Shown here piece after piece: positions 23,022 to 36,650 of a stretch of DNA of 64,000 bases. Each line of letters opens with the position of its first letter. The first letter of the stretch is position 1. This stretch comes from Pseudovirgaria hyperparasitica (lineage: Eukaryota): NCBI GenBank assembly GCA_010093815.1, contig ML996573.1; one strand, 5' to 3'. The translations under genes and the position numbers were made by a program. The notes under the pieces are model-generated. The model made no database searches. It saw only the letters and a list, made by a program, of their open reading frames with translations, and was not told where the DNA came from.

Positions 23022-24554
23022 TCACTGCGTCTTCTTCTCGCCCTTTGGATGCTTGATTGTCAAGCACCAGATATCCAAGTAATCGCAAATCGTCACAATC
23101 ACATCCACGACCCAACTTCCGTAAACGCCAAAGCCAAGCCCAACACACATGAACACAAATGCAACCTCATACTCCTCGCCCAGCGCACTCGGCCACCCCA
23201 ATTTGCCGCCTCCGATCCCCTTTTCGGCGGTGAAGGACTGGAGGACAGGCCCGAAGCTATCGAGGACGCCGAATAAGAGAGGGAGGATAAGTACATTCTG
23301 CATGGGGAACGGGGACTTGGTGACGTGTGCGGTGATCATCTGGCCTACGCTGTACGCGTTGATGAGTCCGACGTAGAAGACAAATGGCACGAGATGCGAG
23401 TTCAGGATGATAGGGTTCAGGGCCAAGTACATCGGTATCAGTACCCACGCTGTGGCAAACGGTAGCAGGCCAAGCAGCGCGACACGAGTCCTCTCACCCC
23501 TTGCACGCCGTGCTTTGAGCACGTTGTGCGCGGATGTGATGGTGTTGAAGACCAACACAATACTGCCGTACACCATGTACCACTCGTTCCAGGCGAGGTT
23601 GGCGAAGATGGAAGGGATGTAAGAGGATGAGATACCGAGAGTGGACAACATGGGTTGTTGCCAGAAGGAGCCACCCCCGAGGTAGGCGGTGAGCGCGTAG
23701 ACGAAGCAGAGTGTGAGAATACCTTCGACCGGGCCAGAGATTATACCCAGAGTGAGTACATGTGTGTGGTATTCGTCCCAGGTTTGGACGTAGAAAGTTA
23801 GAAGGGCTAGGAGTGTTAGTCTTAGACAGAGCGTATCCTGCGAGATTGGAGATGGTTCTCACATGCAAAGAGCGTCATGACAGTCTTCCAACCTTGTCCG
23901 AGGTTGACTGCAGCTGCGAAGAGCAAGACTTCTAGGGTTGTGTTCAGCGCATCAACGCCTAGGTTCTGTCAGTACGTATTCTCTCATCTGGCTCTAGCCA
24001 ACTAACCATGATCAAACATCTCCCCAAGCGGCCCGCTCTGCCCTGTCCTTCTTGCCTGTGTCCCATCAATCGCATCGAATGTCTGGTACAAGAACAGTCC
24101 AATCGCCCAGCTTGCATATACCCACGGCGGACAGTCCTGGTCGAGTGTGGGATTATACCACAGCATAGTCAAAAAATTAACTATAACGAATGCGAAGCCG
24201 GAGAGAGTGATCTAGATATCATCAGTATGCCATGTATCTTCCTACAACTTTTGATATTCCGCTCTTCCTCTTATCTCTTCTCCTCTCCTCCCGTTTCACC
24301 CCCTCAGTACGCGTTCCCCTCAACTCTCTGATAAAAGTGCAACTTACGAGATTCGGCCTGATCGAACCGTTAGCCACAGCTCTTCTCAATGACCAGATAG
24401 GAATGAATACTCACGCCATACTCATCGGAAACATATTAATAACCACATTGGTGTAAAATGGCTTGAGCACATAGCGGCTCACCAGCGAGTGGTCAACACC
24501 CGAGTACTTGTACTCCTTGAGCCTGTGCAGTTTATCCTGGCGTACATATACCAT
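23022..24554 (-). CDS. CPT1/EPT1: Diacylglycerol choline/ethanolamine phosphotransferase (CDP-alcohol phosphotransferase)
   Basis: Motifs MVYVRQ..LKEYKYSGVDHSLVSRY, MAPNLITLSGF (via a 10-nt microexon), [31 protein letters not shown] and GPVEG; several introns. Confidence 0.93.
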
Positions 24555-25253
24555 CTTGCTTGTCTATATAGTCTGTCGTGTAGTATCTCGACTCGTTAGG
24601 CCCGTCAGGGCTATCCGTCTCGTCGTCTTGCTGTCTCTTAGCTGTTCTTCTTGGCACTGGGGTACGCGGTAAAAGCACGGTAAAAGCGTCGATATAGGAG
24701 ATATGCCGGTACGGTTGCGTGTAGAGTGGTATGGATATGGGCTGCTATGGAACAGCTCGCCGTGTTGTTGTGCGCTGCGCTGTCAAAGAATGCTGATGAC
24801 GTCCCCAGGTTTTCAGGGCCAACTTTTTCCGCGGTTCAGGGACGCGTAAGGTCCACAATGACGTGAGGGTCCGTGCGCAACAGATCCCTGAGAAGCATGT
24901 GAACACACTGCTCGAGACATGTATCCAGAAGGATGTACACGAGTCAGGTCGCATAGAGCTGTCTCTAAATGAATTGTGTTTTCAGTAACTATAAATTGCT
25001 TCAAACGAGGTTGGCTATTTCCCTGACTTAGCAGTGTGGTCGAAGCTATAAGAGCTCCTGAGAAAGACACTGTGCCTATTCTGTCTTACTTCCCAGGCAA
25101 TATCATAAGAGCAAAAATAACAATACAATCTCTTTTCGAATGTCATTTCTCTGTTCCCCGTAGCATGCACCAACCCAACAACCGCCTGACTTGCTCGCCT
25201 GATTGATTCGAACCCAGACTTGAGTAGTGGAAGTACAAACTAACACCCTACGC

Positions 25254-26447
25254 TCAGGCAACTGGACTCCACGGCATCGGTACGAGGATGCTGCTCTTCA
25301 TGTTCTGAATCAAGGGGACCGTCTTGTGAACGGTCTCACCCCAGCCCTCGACGCTCCAGCTCATCTCTCGGCGCTGCTTACGCTCTTCCAGGTTGGCAAA
25401 CTGCCAAAGGTGGTGAACCGTATTGAGATCTCCAACCTGCACGAACCATGCTCCTACGCCCTCCATAACCTCTCTTCGGGCCTTGAGTCCCTTACGCCAG
25501 TGTGTCTCCCATTCAAGTAGATTGCCTGGGTGTAGGGTGTATGATCGCAGCTCGAAGAGCCCGCCAAGCTGTCTTGGAGGTGTTGTAGGCCAGAACGAGA
25601 ATTCTTGCATCAACGACGTCTTCTTGCTGTGGATGAGGGTCTTGAGCTTACGCTCAAGATCAGGGTATTCTGGGTGATGATGTATGGCGTTCAACGATCC
25701 GTGATAACCAGCATATTTCTGGTATTCCCAGATATGTACTGCATATTGACGTTAGCTCGCGAAGATCCATAAACCAATTTTTAAGCACGATTATTTCACT
25801 TACCAAATGTATCACAGTCTCCAACTTCTGTCCTCCAACTGCCCACCAAATTGACTTTGTTCTCGGGTGCAGAAGCGACTTTGGGATACCACTTGCCGAC
25901 CAGCTCCATGTACTCTTCCACTTTCTCGGGCTTTACTTCGTGAAAGACGATCGAATGAACATATTTGCCGCGGGCGAGGACTTGTGAGAAGCTTCGCTCG
26001 ATGTCTTTCTCAAGCTCTCGTCCCTCGGGGGTCCCATAGATGAGCTTCGATAGCGGACCGTTCTTCTTGCCAGCGCTTTCTTGTTCTTCACGCTCGCGGG
26101 CTTCTTCTACGTTTACAAAATGATGTGAGCCAGCGGTCTTTACAGAAGCTTGGGGGTTAGGGGACTGGAATATCTGCATCCAGGTCCGTAGAAGTATACA
26201 CAGATTCATGCCTAGACGCAGACACAGAGAACGACCCACTTTCTTGTTGCTCCTTCCTTTTCTGGGCCTCGATTAAGCCATCACGGAACTGCTTCAGTCG
26301 TTCGTCGAATTGGGCAGCACCGTCCGGGGTGATCTCAGCGAGCGCAGGAGGACGATGAGCTGAGAGCTGTGCAGTGGATGACAGGGGCCGTGTAAGGGAA
26401 GACTTCGCACTTGTCCGAAGACGAGAAACGAGTTGACGTGACAGCAT
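25254..26447 (-). CDS. Mitochondrial NIPSNAP family protein
   Basis: Mitochondrial-type presequence MLSRQLVSRLR; motifs LVGSWRTEVGDCDTF, FELRSYTLHPGNLLEWE and VHHLW; two introns. Confidence 0.92.
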
Positions 26448-27843
26448 CTTGACTGAGAGTAAGAAGTGAAAGCAGGTCAAGAGCTGCTGAACGGAGAGGG
26501 AACGGTTGGGGATGGAGCTTAAGCAGCGGAGCACGAACGAGGCCGATCAGAGCTCGAAATGTGGGTGAGAAGGGCACGGAGCCACAAGAAAACAAGTAGA
26601 GGTCGTGTGTAATGGTAATGAACGAGTCGAATGCGAGAGAAATGTAATTGGGAAGAGGAGAGGAACAGATAGACGATGCCTACGTCTTGATCTCTTGGAC
26701 GAACGAGTCGCGGTAACGACAACGAGGGTGGAGGTAAATGCCCGGTATTGTATATCAGTCTAACCCGATCTGAGCTGATCCATTCACGCAGACCCACCTG
26801 CGCCTCGATCCACACACACACACACGGACGCGAGCCTGATCCATCTGCGTCACTAATTTACTGGGTACTGTAGGTAAGGTACTATTAAGGTTCCTGGTAC
26901 TGATGGGCGCTCCGGTAGTGGTAGTGCATGAAATAGCACTGCGAGGGCTCGTGTAGGGCCATACACAGATAGACGCGGGCTTTCATCAACGCAATACATC
27001 CAACTATTGGCCTGTTCAGGTATAGAATGACAAAGACGAAATAGAGCGCTTTTCATTTGTGGCCGGCCATGTGGTCTGGGGTATCATGCAACCCCGCAAT
27101 TCGCTAACAACGGCCTCAGCCGCTTCCAACCCACCCACCAGTTCTTTTCCCAGCATGTCAGCAATAGCAATACACGGGCATACTAGAACAACCAGAGACT
27201 GCTATCGAATATCAAGCTATACCGGGCCTTATTTATCTTGGGTTCAACCTGTTGTACGAAACGAATGATCAGGGACGTGTTACGGAGTGCTTGCATCGCC
27301 CGATGGCTGTACCCGGCCGGGAAGGCAATTTCATAGACAGTGTATCAAGTATACGCAATATGGATTGTTTCCCAACTAGCGAGGCCTCAGCCTGCTATCA
27401 AGATACATATAGACGCTATAGATGCATTCCAGGTCCACATAGCAGCGAGGGAAGAACGAGCTCAGCACAAGTGCCCACTTCCACGCTATGCTGCTGGAAT
27501 ATCAAAACAATGCATCGTGTCCTGCTCCCAGCGACGATGCAGCTTTGACAAGAAAAGCCTAAAAAAACTCGTCACACAAGGTCCACTCCATCCCCAGACT
27601 CCAAGTATGCACGGTACCCCCTACGCCGTTCCACCTGTATGCTCCAAGGCTGGAGAGAACAACCCATTCCTGACGCCGAGATGCCCGATATGAGCCCCAA
27701 TAAAGTAGAACATGCCAAAGCAGAGATGATTCTGTCATCACTCTCCGCTTGTTCAGCAGGCAAAGGTTTGAATGCTGGTTGTAAGACTAGGGTTGTATGC
27801 GAGAGCTATCACCAGCAGCAGTAGAGTTCCTGGCACACCCTGA

Positions 27844-30700
27844 TCAATGCGGCCGCATGATGTTCGAAGGACGGACATTGGCCTTCGATACCTTTCCCGT
27901 CTTTGCCGTCTTCGCAGTTTTCATGACTTTTGTAGATTTCGGAAGTCTCGAATGGATCATTTTGACCTTTTTTATGTAGGTCCGCTTTTTTATAGCAGGG
28001 TTGGCAGTATTCTTACGAGCTGCAGTCTTGGACGTCTTGAGGACTGGTAAAGCTCTGATCTCGTTCTGCAGCTGCTCAGCGAGCTCGTTCGCAGTCTTGT
28101 CGGAGCCTGGAGTCGGCTCATCGTCATCAGTGTCGGACATGACAAAATCCTCTTCTTCATCCTCAGACTCGGTATTCCTGAGGATGTTCAATGCTTTGAA
28201 GAAGTTACTGATCTTCTTCTGACGAGGACTCAATCTCGTACCCGCAGTGAGATTGGTTGTCATCGTCAATTTCTCACGCTTCTTTTCATATGCCTTGGAA
28301 GCAACACCGGATTTGATTACGGGCTGACTAGCTGACTTGGCGGGCTTGCTGGCAGTCTTTTCAGCTTTGGTTTTCTTAAGTGTTTTCGATTGAGCAGCTT
28401 TCGGTTCCACAGCTTTCGAAGGCTCCTTGGTGGGCTTCATGGCCCTCGAAGATGTTAAACGTTTTCGTGCAGCTGCTTTCTTCTTCTCGGCCGCCTTCTT
28501 GACTATCTCTGCGCGCCGAGTGGCCTCGTTCCTACTGGCATCCTGACGGCGGGCACGTTGTTTCACCTCTTCGGCGTGGCGTGCTGTAGCACGTGCTTCA
28601 CGGCTTGCCGACTGAGAAGCTTTCTTTGGGCTAATGGCATCAGCAGCAACCGCAGGTGCCATGAGTGCTTTCTTCGAAATCTTTGAAGTCACCGATTTGG
28701 TCTCTGTATGCGTGTCCTTGTTGCCACGCTGTTTTTTGGTAGCAACGCCACCTAGCGACGCCATCCCTTCAAATGCAGCTTGAGCAGTCCGTTTGACGCC
28801 CTTAGCAACTTTTGCCACTTTAGTAACCATGTCTTTAAGACGAGCACCGTCCCTTGGACGAGGACCAAGGATTCCACGGCAGTTATCAGCTCCACATCTG
28901 CAGTCTTGTTTCCAGCCCTCACTGAACGCTCTGCCGGCTGGTAAGTCTGGTGGATTTACAAGAGGGATTTGAAACTTACTCAAAATTGTAGTCATAAGTC
29001 AGCTCGTGACCGGCGGGGATATGGCCATCTTTGGCGAAGAGAGCCATGCGAGGCTTCCCGCGGACCAACCACATGATCATCTCGCAGTTGGGGTCGCAGG
29101 AATGATTTACGAAGCGTGCCATTGACCCCTTGGTGGCATCAATGATCAAGCCGCCATCAAACGTCATCAGATAGTAGCACTTGTGTGTGTGTCAGTGTCA
29201 GCTCCTGATGAGAGTAACTTTGAAATTTACCTCGTTATTTTTGTACTCCTTGCGCATGCGCCTGTCGCATTCAGTCTGATCGATCATTTCTCCGGTGTAT
29301 TCCATAATGATTTGACCAGGTCGGAAAGAGCGCATTGCGCGCACACCATATCCGCGATCTTGAGTTTTGACCACTTCTACGCCGATATCGTACATGTTGC
29401 CCCTTCGTCCTTGGGTTGAAACGCGAGCCTCTAGACCTGCGAAAGGCCTGTTGTTACAGTTGTCTTTACCTGGCTTGCAATTCTTGTCGTCACATTCGAA
29501 GTTCATAACCGCGTTGAGGCAGCTATCGGGATCACATAGCTCTTGACATTCGCACATAGAAATGGCTTCTTGCTTCTTCCTTGTACATAATCTCTGGTAG
29601 GCTTCGCGGGAATCATCATCGACAGCACGGTCTGGACCATATTAGTGTACGCGCGGTAATCACAGCGGTGCAGACTCACTCTTAGAAAGTATTTTCCAGC
29701 CTTCGACTCTTTCCCCTCGAGGAAGTGGATTGAGAATTTCCCGTGGTAACTTAAAGTCCCTTTCTTGCATAATGACTTTTGCGCCATGGAACATGGGAAG
29801 AGGAAACCAATCGGAGCCTTTGCGCGGAGGCTGTGGAGTCTCTCCAGCCTTTGACTTCTTTGCGCGGGCATTCTTGTCTGAATAGTCTTTCTCAGGGTCT
29901 GCACGTTGCCCTATGTAGATACCCTCGCTGACAATTCGATATTTCTGCTTTTTTGCTTGTGTGGCAGGTTTTGGAGTGGGTTCCGGGGTTGTGGCCGCGG
30001 TCGCGGTCGCAGGGGACTCTGTGGTCGCTGCACGAGCACGCTTTGTCGGAGTTCGCGGTGCTGCGTCAGCCTTCTCCGACAAACTCGGTCGCGTTTGAGG
30101 CTTCGTGGATGGTCGGACAGCATTCGTGCGTGATCCGATAGTTTTTGACGTTGCTGACGTCGCCGCAGCTACTGCATTAGTGGTCGCTTCCTTCACAAGA
30201 TCCAAACGCGAGGAAGTTCGCCTTAGATTCTTGTCTGAGGTGTCAGTGCTGACTGTATTGACTTGACTGCTGGCAGGACGCGGTCGAGGTGACGTGTCGA
30301 GTTTCCAGTAATCACCAAGCGAACTCGCTAGAACTTTATCGTCGGTGCTTGTGTAGTCTTGCACTGGAGGGGGTACTTCTGGGGCCTTAGGAGTAGCTTC
30401 AGCAGCCTCAGCCTGCATGCGAAGGTACCGAAGCGGAGTGTGAATGTTCGTGCCAGCGAGAACTTGTAGATTGTAGGATCCTACACTATGGCGGGCGCGT
30501 GAGCTACGGCGTTGGTCGAGTGGCGGCTCGTCTTTGTTCGCGTCGGCAATATCGCTCGGCCCTGAAGACAGGCTTGTCGGTGGAGTGGACGAGCCATGCT
30601 TAACGCGAATGGAGTCGTCAGTGGCATCGCCTAAGTTAAATGAGCCAGAGGAGACAGTAGATGCCCTCTGCTGGCGATCTTCGCTCATCTCAAGCTCCAT
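27844..30700 (-). CDS. ash1: ASH1-like histone-lysine N-methyltransferase (AWS-SET-postSET, H3K36 type)
   Basis: Cys-rich AWS (CECQELCDPDSCLNA..ECDDKNC); SET motifs GYGVRA, MEYTGE, ARFVNHSCDPNC and ELTYDYNF; post-SET CRCGADNCRG; three introns; long basic tail. Confidence 0.88.
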
Positions 30701-32940
30701 ACTGTGATGTGAGGCTTGCAACGCCGAAGTGTCGCGAACAAACACGTTTGAGAAGGCTTGAGAATGAGAAAGGACAAACGCGCTAATAAAGCAGGAAGGG
30801 GTGTGAAACGTTCGGGAGACGATACTTTCACGCCAAATAGTCCTGCACCAAAACTCGGAGTGGTGGTGCAGCACTCACGGAGTTGAGGTGTGGAAGTGAT
30901 GTTGATTTGCGAACAGTGGATGGGAGGAGGACGGAGGACGGACGGAGGTTAGTGGTGCGCGGAGAAAGCCTGGGGCTTTCATCCATAACATCGTTTGTAG
31001 CTAGCTCTACCTGAGGAATATGGGCCTGAGACATGCCTTACTTCGCTTCACCTTCATCAAGAACTAGTTCTTGGCTATTTATAAGACTATTGGGCCTGTT
31101 TGCTCTCGAGTGTCTTGGTTTGTCTTCATTGATAACTATATATATCGCCATCGCATGCTATGGGTTAATGGAATGAAGGCACCCCTGAATGATATGATAT
31201 TCATGACCAGCCGTCACTTATAACACGTAATCACACGTGTCTTTCATCCTGAGGCATACCATTATGTTTACAGAGGTCCCAATATCGGGCCGTACCAATG
31301 GTATGGACGCGTCTTAGCACCGTCCTGCTTAGGAATCTTTGCCGTGCTCTGCATCAGTGCGAACACACTCCAATACTTTTAGCCAAGCACGATTGAAGGC
31401 AACATCAATGAGCGGTAATGATACCTAAACTTTCAGGGTTCTACAATATTTGACTGCCGTGATACACCAAGTGAGCCATATTCCTCTTCCAACGTCGTTC
31501 AAGTATGTTCCGTAGTCACCCATTTAGTGAACCTGGATCCATTCATTCTTTCTCGTTCTCTAAGTACTTTTTATATGGGGAAGTACAGTATATCCTGATT
31601 GGAGTTGATTTTCCCCTTCCATTGCTATCGTATTTTCGCAGCAGGACCATCCTTCTCGACTGTGCTGGGAATGTAATGAAATTGTTGCACTGGGAGAATT
31701 CTAATGCCATACGAAACTTTTCCTAATCACAACATTCAATCTTCGCCCGGACGGGGACGTTATTGCAACACTCGGAAAAGGTCACCACTCAGAGCGATTC
31801 ATAGCGAGGGTGGAGATGTGGCACCAGCGAAGCGTTTAGGTAGATCGTGGACGTGCCATGTCCAGCTTTAGCCAACAACATTAATCAACTATCTATTCAG
31901 ATCAGTTTTGACAAGGTGTCGTTTCACCAATTCAGTCTTGGTACCCGATTTCCGCAATACACTTGTTGTGTACTGTACCTGCTTCATTGGCCCAAACAGA
32001 GCGCAATACATCAGCCCGGATAATTAGCCAAGTGTTACCATATAAACCGCTGGATGTATGTGTGATTTATGGGAATTCACTCGCAAGGACTCCTACTGGG
32101 TCAAAAGGGGGGGCAGCAATGCACTCTTAATTTCCACGTAAACGGGCTGCTCGGCTGCGCTGGTGGGTGGGAGTCACTGATGTTCTCCCAGACCGGGACT
32201 CAGACGACTGGACGAGCGTACCTTGCCGTTGCCACCACAAAGATACAATAATAGTACATCATTAAGCATCACTCTGACAAGTCTCTGTTCTTTCTGCTGG
32301 AAAAACACTTCCCGTGGCCTACGAAACCTTCACGAATCGAATGCAGCAGGCTTTACTATCACTCATCCAATGACTAAAATCTGCATGTCAGGCCACACTG
32401 AGGCATTTAGAAGGAAGCTCAAGAGAAGAGGACCGTTACACGCTTTAGAGAAGTCTCAGATCCGACAAAGATAAGAGGCAAAACGTAAAAACCTCCCTCA
32501 GAATACTACCGCATCAGAGGGTATTTTGTACACTGTAAGTAATCACTTTTATACATCGGGCCTGATACTGATCCTACACTTTGAAAAGTGATATAGCTGC
32601 ATCAAAATAGATTCAGATCGTGATTATAAGTCCAGGCAGACATTCTAGGAGAATTTGCATTTGATGAAAGGATCTGTGCTCATTCCACTTTGAGATTCAC
32701 AAACGTGGGCCAAAAGCTCAGTCTTAGCACCTATAGACCAGCGACCGTTCTCAAATCTACCAGGATATTATCTGATCAGAATCATATTCCATCGGAGTTA
32801 TGGCCCGGAAGGCCATCATCGAAACGCTCAAATTGGACATCGGACTTGAAACACCCACCGCTTCTAGCGAGAACTATCCATCCTAGATTTCCAATGACTT
32901 CCTCAACTTGTCCGAACAAACAGGCAAACATGCAACAAAA

Positions 32941-33459
32941 CTACACTGCACCCGACTTTCGCCTTTCGACCTCTTTTGCCAACACATTGGTGTCCCAAAA
33001 CGCCTTTCCTTCGTAAATGATGAGTCCATCAGTACCCGCCCCCTCGACTGCTGGGCCCACGAAGAACAGCATCAACCTCGGCACCACAATCACTTCTCCT
33101 TCGATCGGATGCGCAAGCTCGATCTCAATCTCAACATCCCATACGAGTAGATCACATATCCTGCCTGACGTATCAGGGGTGTCTTTAATGACTCGGAGGG
33201 TCTTGTATCTGTGGTTCAAGGTCTTGAAGCTCCCGAAGAGGGTGACGATCCACTTCCAGATCGTTTCTCCACCGTTGTATACTTTTCCATCTCCATTGTA
33301 GAAGACACTGTCCTTTGCGTACCATTGCAGATAAGAGGTTTCATAGTCGAGTGAATGGATCACTTTGACATATTTGCTGATGAATGACACTGCTGCTGGG
33401 TCGCTTTGTGAGGTGTCGCCCGTCGATGCATAAGATCCAATGTAGCCAATCTCAGCCAT
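32941..33459 (-). CDS. SnoaL/NTF2-like fungal protein
   Basis: Intronless ORF of about 172 aa with the pattern WYAKDSVFYNGDG..Y.GGE.IW.W...F and the beta-rich C-terminus EGKAFWDT. Confidence 0.7.
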   Translation of the reverse strand: MAEIGYIGSYASTGDTSQSDPAAVSFISKYVKVIHSLDYETSYLQWYAKDSVFYNGDGKVYNGGETIWKWIVTLFGSFKTLNHRYKTLRVIKDTPDTSGRICDLLVWDVEIEIELAHPIEGEVIVVPRLMLFFVGPAVEGAGTDGLIIYEGKAFWDTNVLAKEVERRKSGAV

Positions 33460-34617
33460 AGCAGACTCTTTTAGAAATGTACGTTTTGTTCTCGTGGATT
33501 GGTTACTCTGGTCTTTGATATGATTATATGTTGTCTTTCTGGGGAGGCAGTAAGGTTTGCAGTGAGAGAGCACAACGTCAGGACAATGAAACCAAAATCA
33601 TTGAAAAGAAAATGATACAAGATATAACACTGGTATCCTGGCTCATATCTTATACTCTCACCTTCTAGACTACCACGATGTCTCTATGCTGGATCTGCTC
33701 ACTAATCTATAAAATTGTGTGGTTCATAGCATACTAATCAACACCTAAGCCATTTCAATGGAGCCTGAAATAGTCTATGGGATAAACTTGACGGAGCCGG
33801 CCATTATAGGCTGTTGCAAGGCTGTCAGCACACCACTCGGTTAAGAATACTAATCTTAAGCAGAGGAGGATCCTCAGCGACACACCACGTACCTATAAAA
33901 CCACAAAGCTTAAATTGCATGAGTAATTACTGGTGCATTTAAGCATCCCATAACGAATTCTTGTACAAAAAATATATACGCACGTATCCGTAAGTCTCAT
34001 GGAGATTAGTATATCAATCACGCCCTGGGGCCCTTCACTCCCTTATCCTTGGAACCGTCAATCGCCGATAGTTGTACTGCGGAGCGTTGATGCATCCGCA
34101 TAGGCAAGACGCAAGCTGAAAACCGATTTTGACGTAGATCTTTTCGCGTCAAACCGTAGCTCTTGGGGTCAATTTCATGATCATCAACCATAAAGATGAC
34201 CTGTACGACTCAAGTATATGAGATTGTCCGATCTACGCATTTTCCACGTGTGCTATAGTATACAAACCATGACACCCTACATACAAACTTCTATAGCTTC
34301 ACAGGCGTTGATCATGGACCTTAATAGCAAAGTTTGAGCAACATATGCCAAAAACGAACTTAGAGCCCAGGTCGAACGTCACTGAAGCTCTCGCTCGTAC
34401 AGTCTCAGTTTTCTCAACCCTTTGACTAATCCACTATCTATCGATCATATCGCGAATGACGATCTGAACTATGAAGACCACATCACTGAAATTACTACTT
34501 CTATCATCAGTGCTCACATCTGTAGGACGAAAATAGAAGCGACCAGGTATGAAGTTCGCAAGCCATCGATTACCACTTCTAAGTACTAGAAATACAACTC
34601 CCAGTGGCAACCAAGCG

Positions 34618-36650
34618 TCACCTCTGCTGCTCCAACATTTCATTATTACTCGAATCAATGATATTGCCTCGTCCGGCAGGACCGTGGAAACCACCAGGCG
34701 AGCTGCGCACATCTTGCATCTCAACAGCACCACCTCCACCTTGCATCTCGTTTTTCAACGGCGCAGTCCTTTTACCTCTCCGTGGACCAAACCGCTGATC
34801 ACCTTCTTCATACTCACTTTTGAAGCGCAAATAAGTCGGCGCGCGTGGGCGGAGCAGTACAGCCAAAAGGTTCTTTAATACACTGCCTTGTGTGAAAGGT
34901 CGATGGCGATCTGTAGCGACGAACTTGTGGCTATTGAGATATTCGCGAGTTGTTTCTCCTCGACTAATGAGGAAGAGATGGTAGCCCAGGAGCGACGTAG
35001 GGTAAGGGGTGATGACGACGCCGTAAATGAACATGGCAAAGGGCACTCTCCAATGATTAATTGCTGTTCCGAAGGAGGAGGCTTCGAGATTCATCCAGGT
35101 AAGCAAATGAGCCAAGCTTGCTCCAAGCAGAAAGAAACCAAGGATAGTTCCAGATGATACAAACACAAAGAAATAGCGGTAGTTGCGGCGGCCAACGCAG
35201 TTGTTAAGCCAGACACAATGGTGATCCTGTGTCTCGATACAGTTGTCGCAGACACGACAGTGATGGGCACGCGGTGGACGCCATATATTACAGCTTTTGC
35301 AATATTTTGTAGGCACTTCCATAGCAGCGGATTTAGAGGTTGCGGATACGACCATAGTCCATTCGGTAGTGGCTGGTCCGACCGTCAAGGGGTCCTCGTT
35401 GGGATTAGATGGAGGGAATGGGTGTAAGTTTCGAGGTAGAATCTAGACGCATCAGCAGTGTACATTGATCGACACGATCTGTACTTACGCCGGGGTCTGT
35501 AACAGATGCATGAAAGAAAGAAGACAAGCAGATTAAAGCAAGGTATGCAAAAATGATGGGTATCGCTGGAGAAACATGCTGCCATAGCCACGGCGCACTG
35601 TTGGAGTCAGTAAACCCTCGAGCTGCGAATTTCGAAGACTTACGAGAAAGCAAAAAACAAAGCAGAAGGAAGTGCTACTAGCAACCCAGTGATGATATTT
35701 ATTGGGCGATCTCGTGTATTCTGTAGTCTGCCACCCCAGCAGAAGACGGTGTTTCCAGAAAAGTATTGGTGATTTTTCCCTAATTCTCTCCGGACTGATT
35801 GTTTCAAGGCTTCCTTCTTCTCTTGTGTAAGTCGTGGAGAAGATGCCGCAGAGGCTAACTTCTCGTGTCCCTGAGGTCGCGGTACTGACGGAGCACCGCC
35901 TCTGCTGGGAATAATGAAACTAGATCGAAATGATCGTGGAGACTTGCTTGGCGTCTGAAGGGTGTTCTTGAAAGTTGATGACAAATCTAGATGTGCTGGC
36001 CTATGCTGATTCGAAATTTGATTGGAAAGTGGAATATGCAACGGCACTACACTGTCTCCACGACTCCTAACAGTTTCTATGCCACTCGGGGATGTGTTTG
36101 CGGTAGTGCGGTCCGGAATGTCAGATGTGATGTCGGTACCTCTTGATGGGGGAGGTCGTAGTTCCGACTCCTGTAGCTGCGCAAGATTTCCACCTCTTGT
36201 CGTCATATTTGATGTCATACTAAGTCTATTACTGCCCGTTTCACTCTGCTGTGCAGACATGTCTCCGGTCAGGGATATTGGCCTTTGATCACGCTGTCGT
36301 TGCAATTTCTGCGCACTCAGAGGACGAAAAAAGGCGGACTGTTGGACCGAGGATACGTGTGTTCTGTTGGCAGTGCCTGCGCGAGTGTTGCCACCAGATG
36401 TCCCAGAAGGTCCAAATGGGACGAGACCTGCGCCTGATTGTGATTGTGATTGTGAGGATTGTTGCCATGATCGTCCTTTAGAAGAATGTGCGGTGTTGGA
36501 GGGACGTCTTGCAGGGGATAATGCGGGCTCTCCAACGGGGCCGGTCTTTGAAGTTGTAGAAGGTGACCTCTTCCCAGCCGGAGCAGGAGGTTGATTCTCA
36601 TCGTGAGAATCGGCCGGCACCGAGGCGCTGTTGGGGAGGCCGTCAGTCAT
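34618..36650 (-). CDS. ERF2: DHHC palmitoyltransferase ERF2
   Basis: DHHC domain KYCKSCNIWRPPRAHHCRVCDNCIETQDHHCVWLNNCVGRRNYRYF; also GNTVFCWGGR and TTRE; two introns. Confidence 0.93.

Noticed and set aside
24665..24687. Tandem CGGTAAAAGC x2 upstream of the phosphotransferase
   Set aside because: Too short to distinguish a TF site from slippage.
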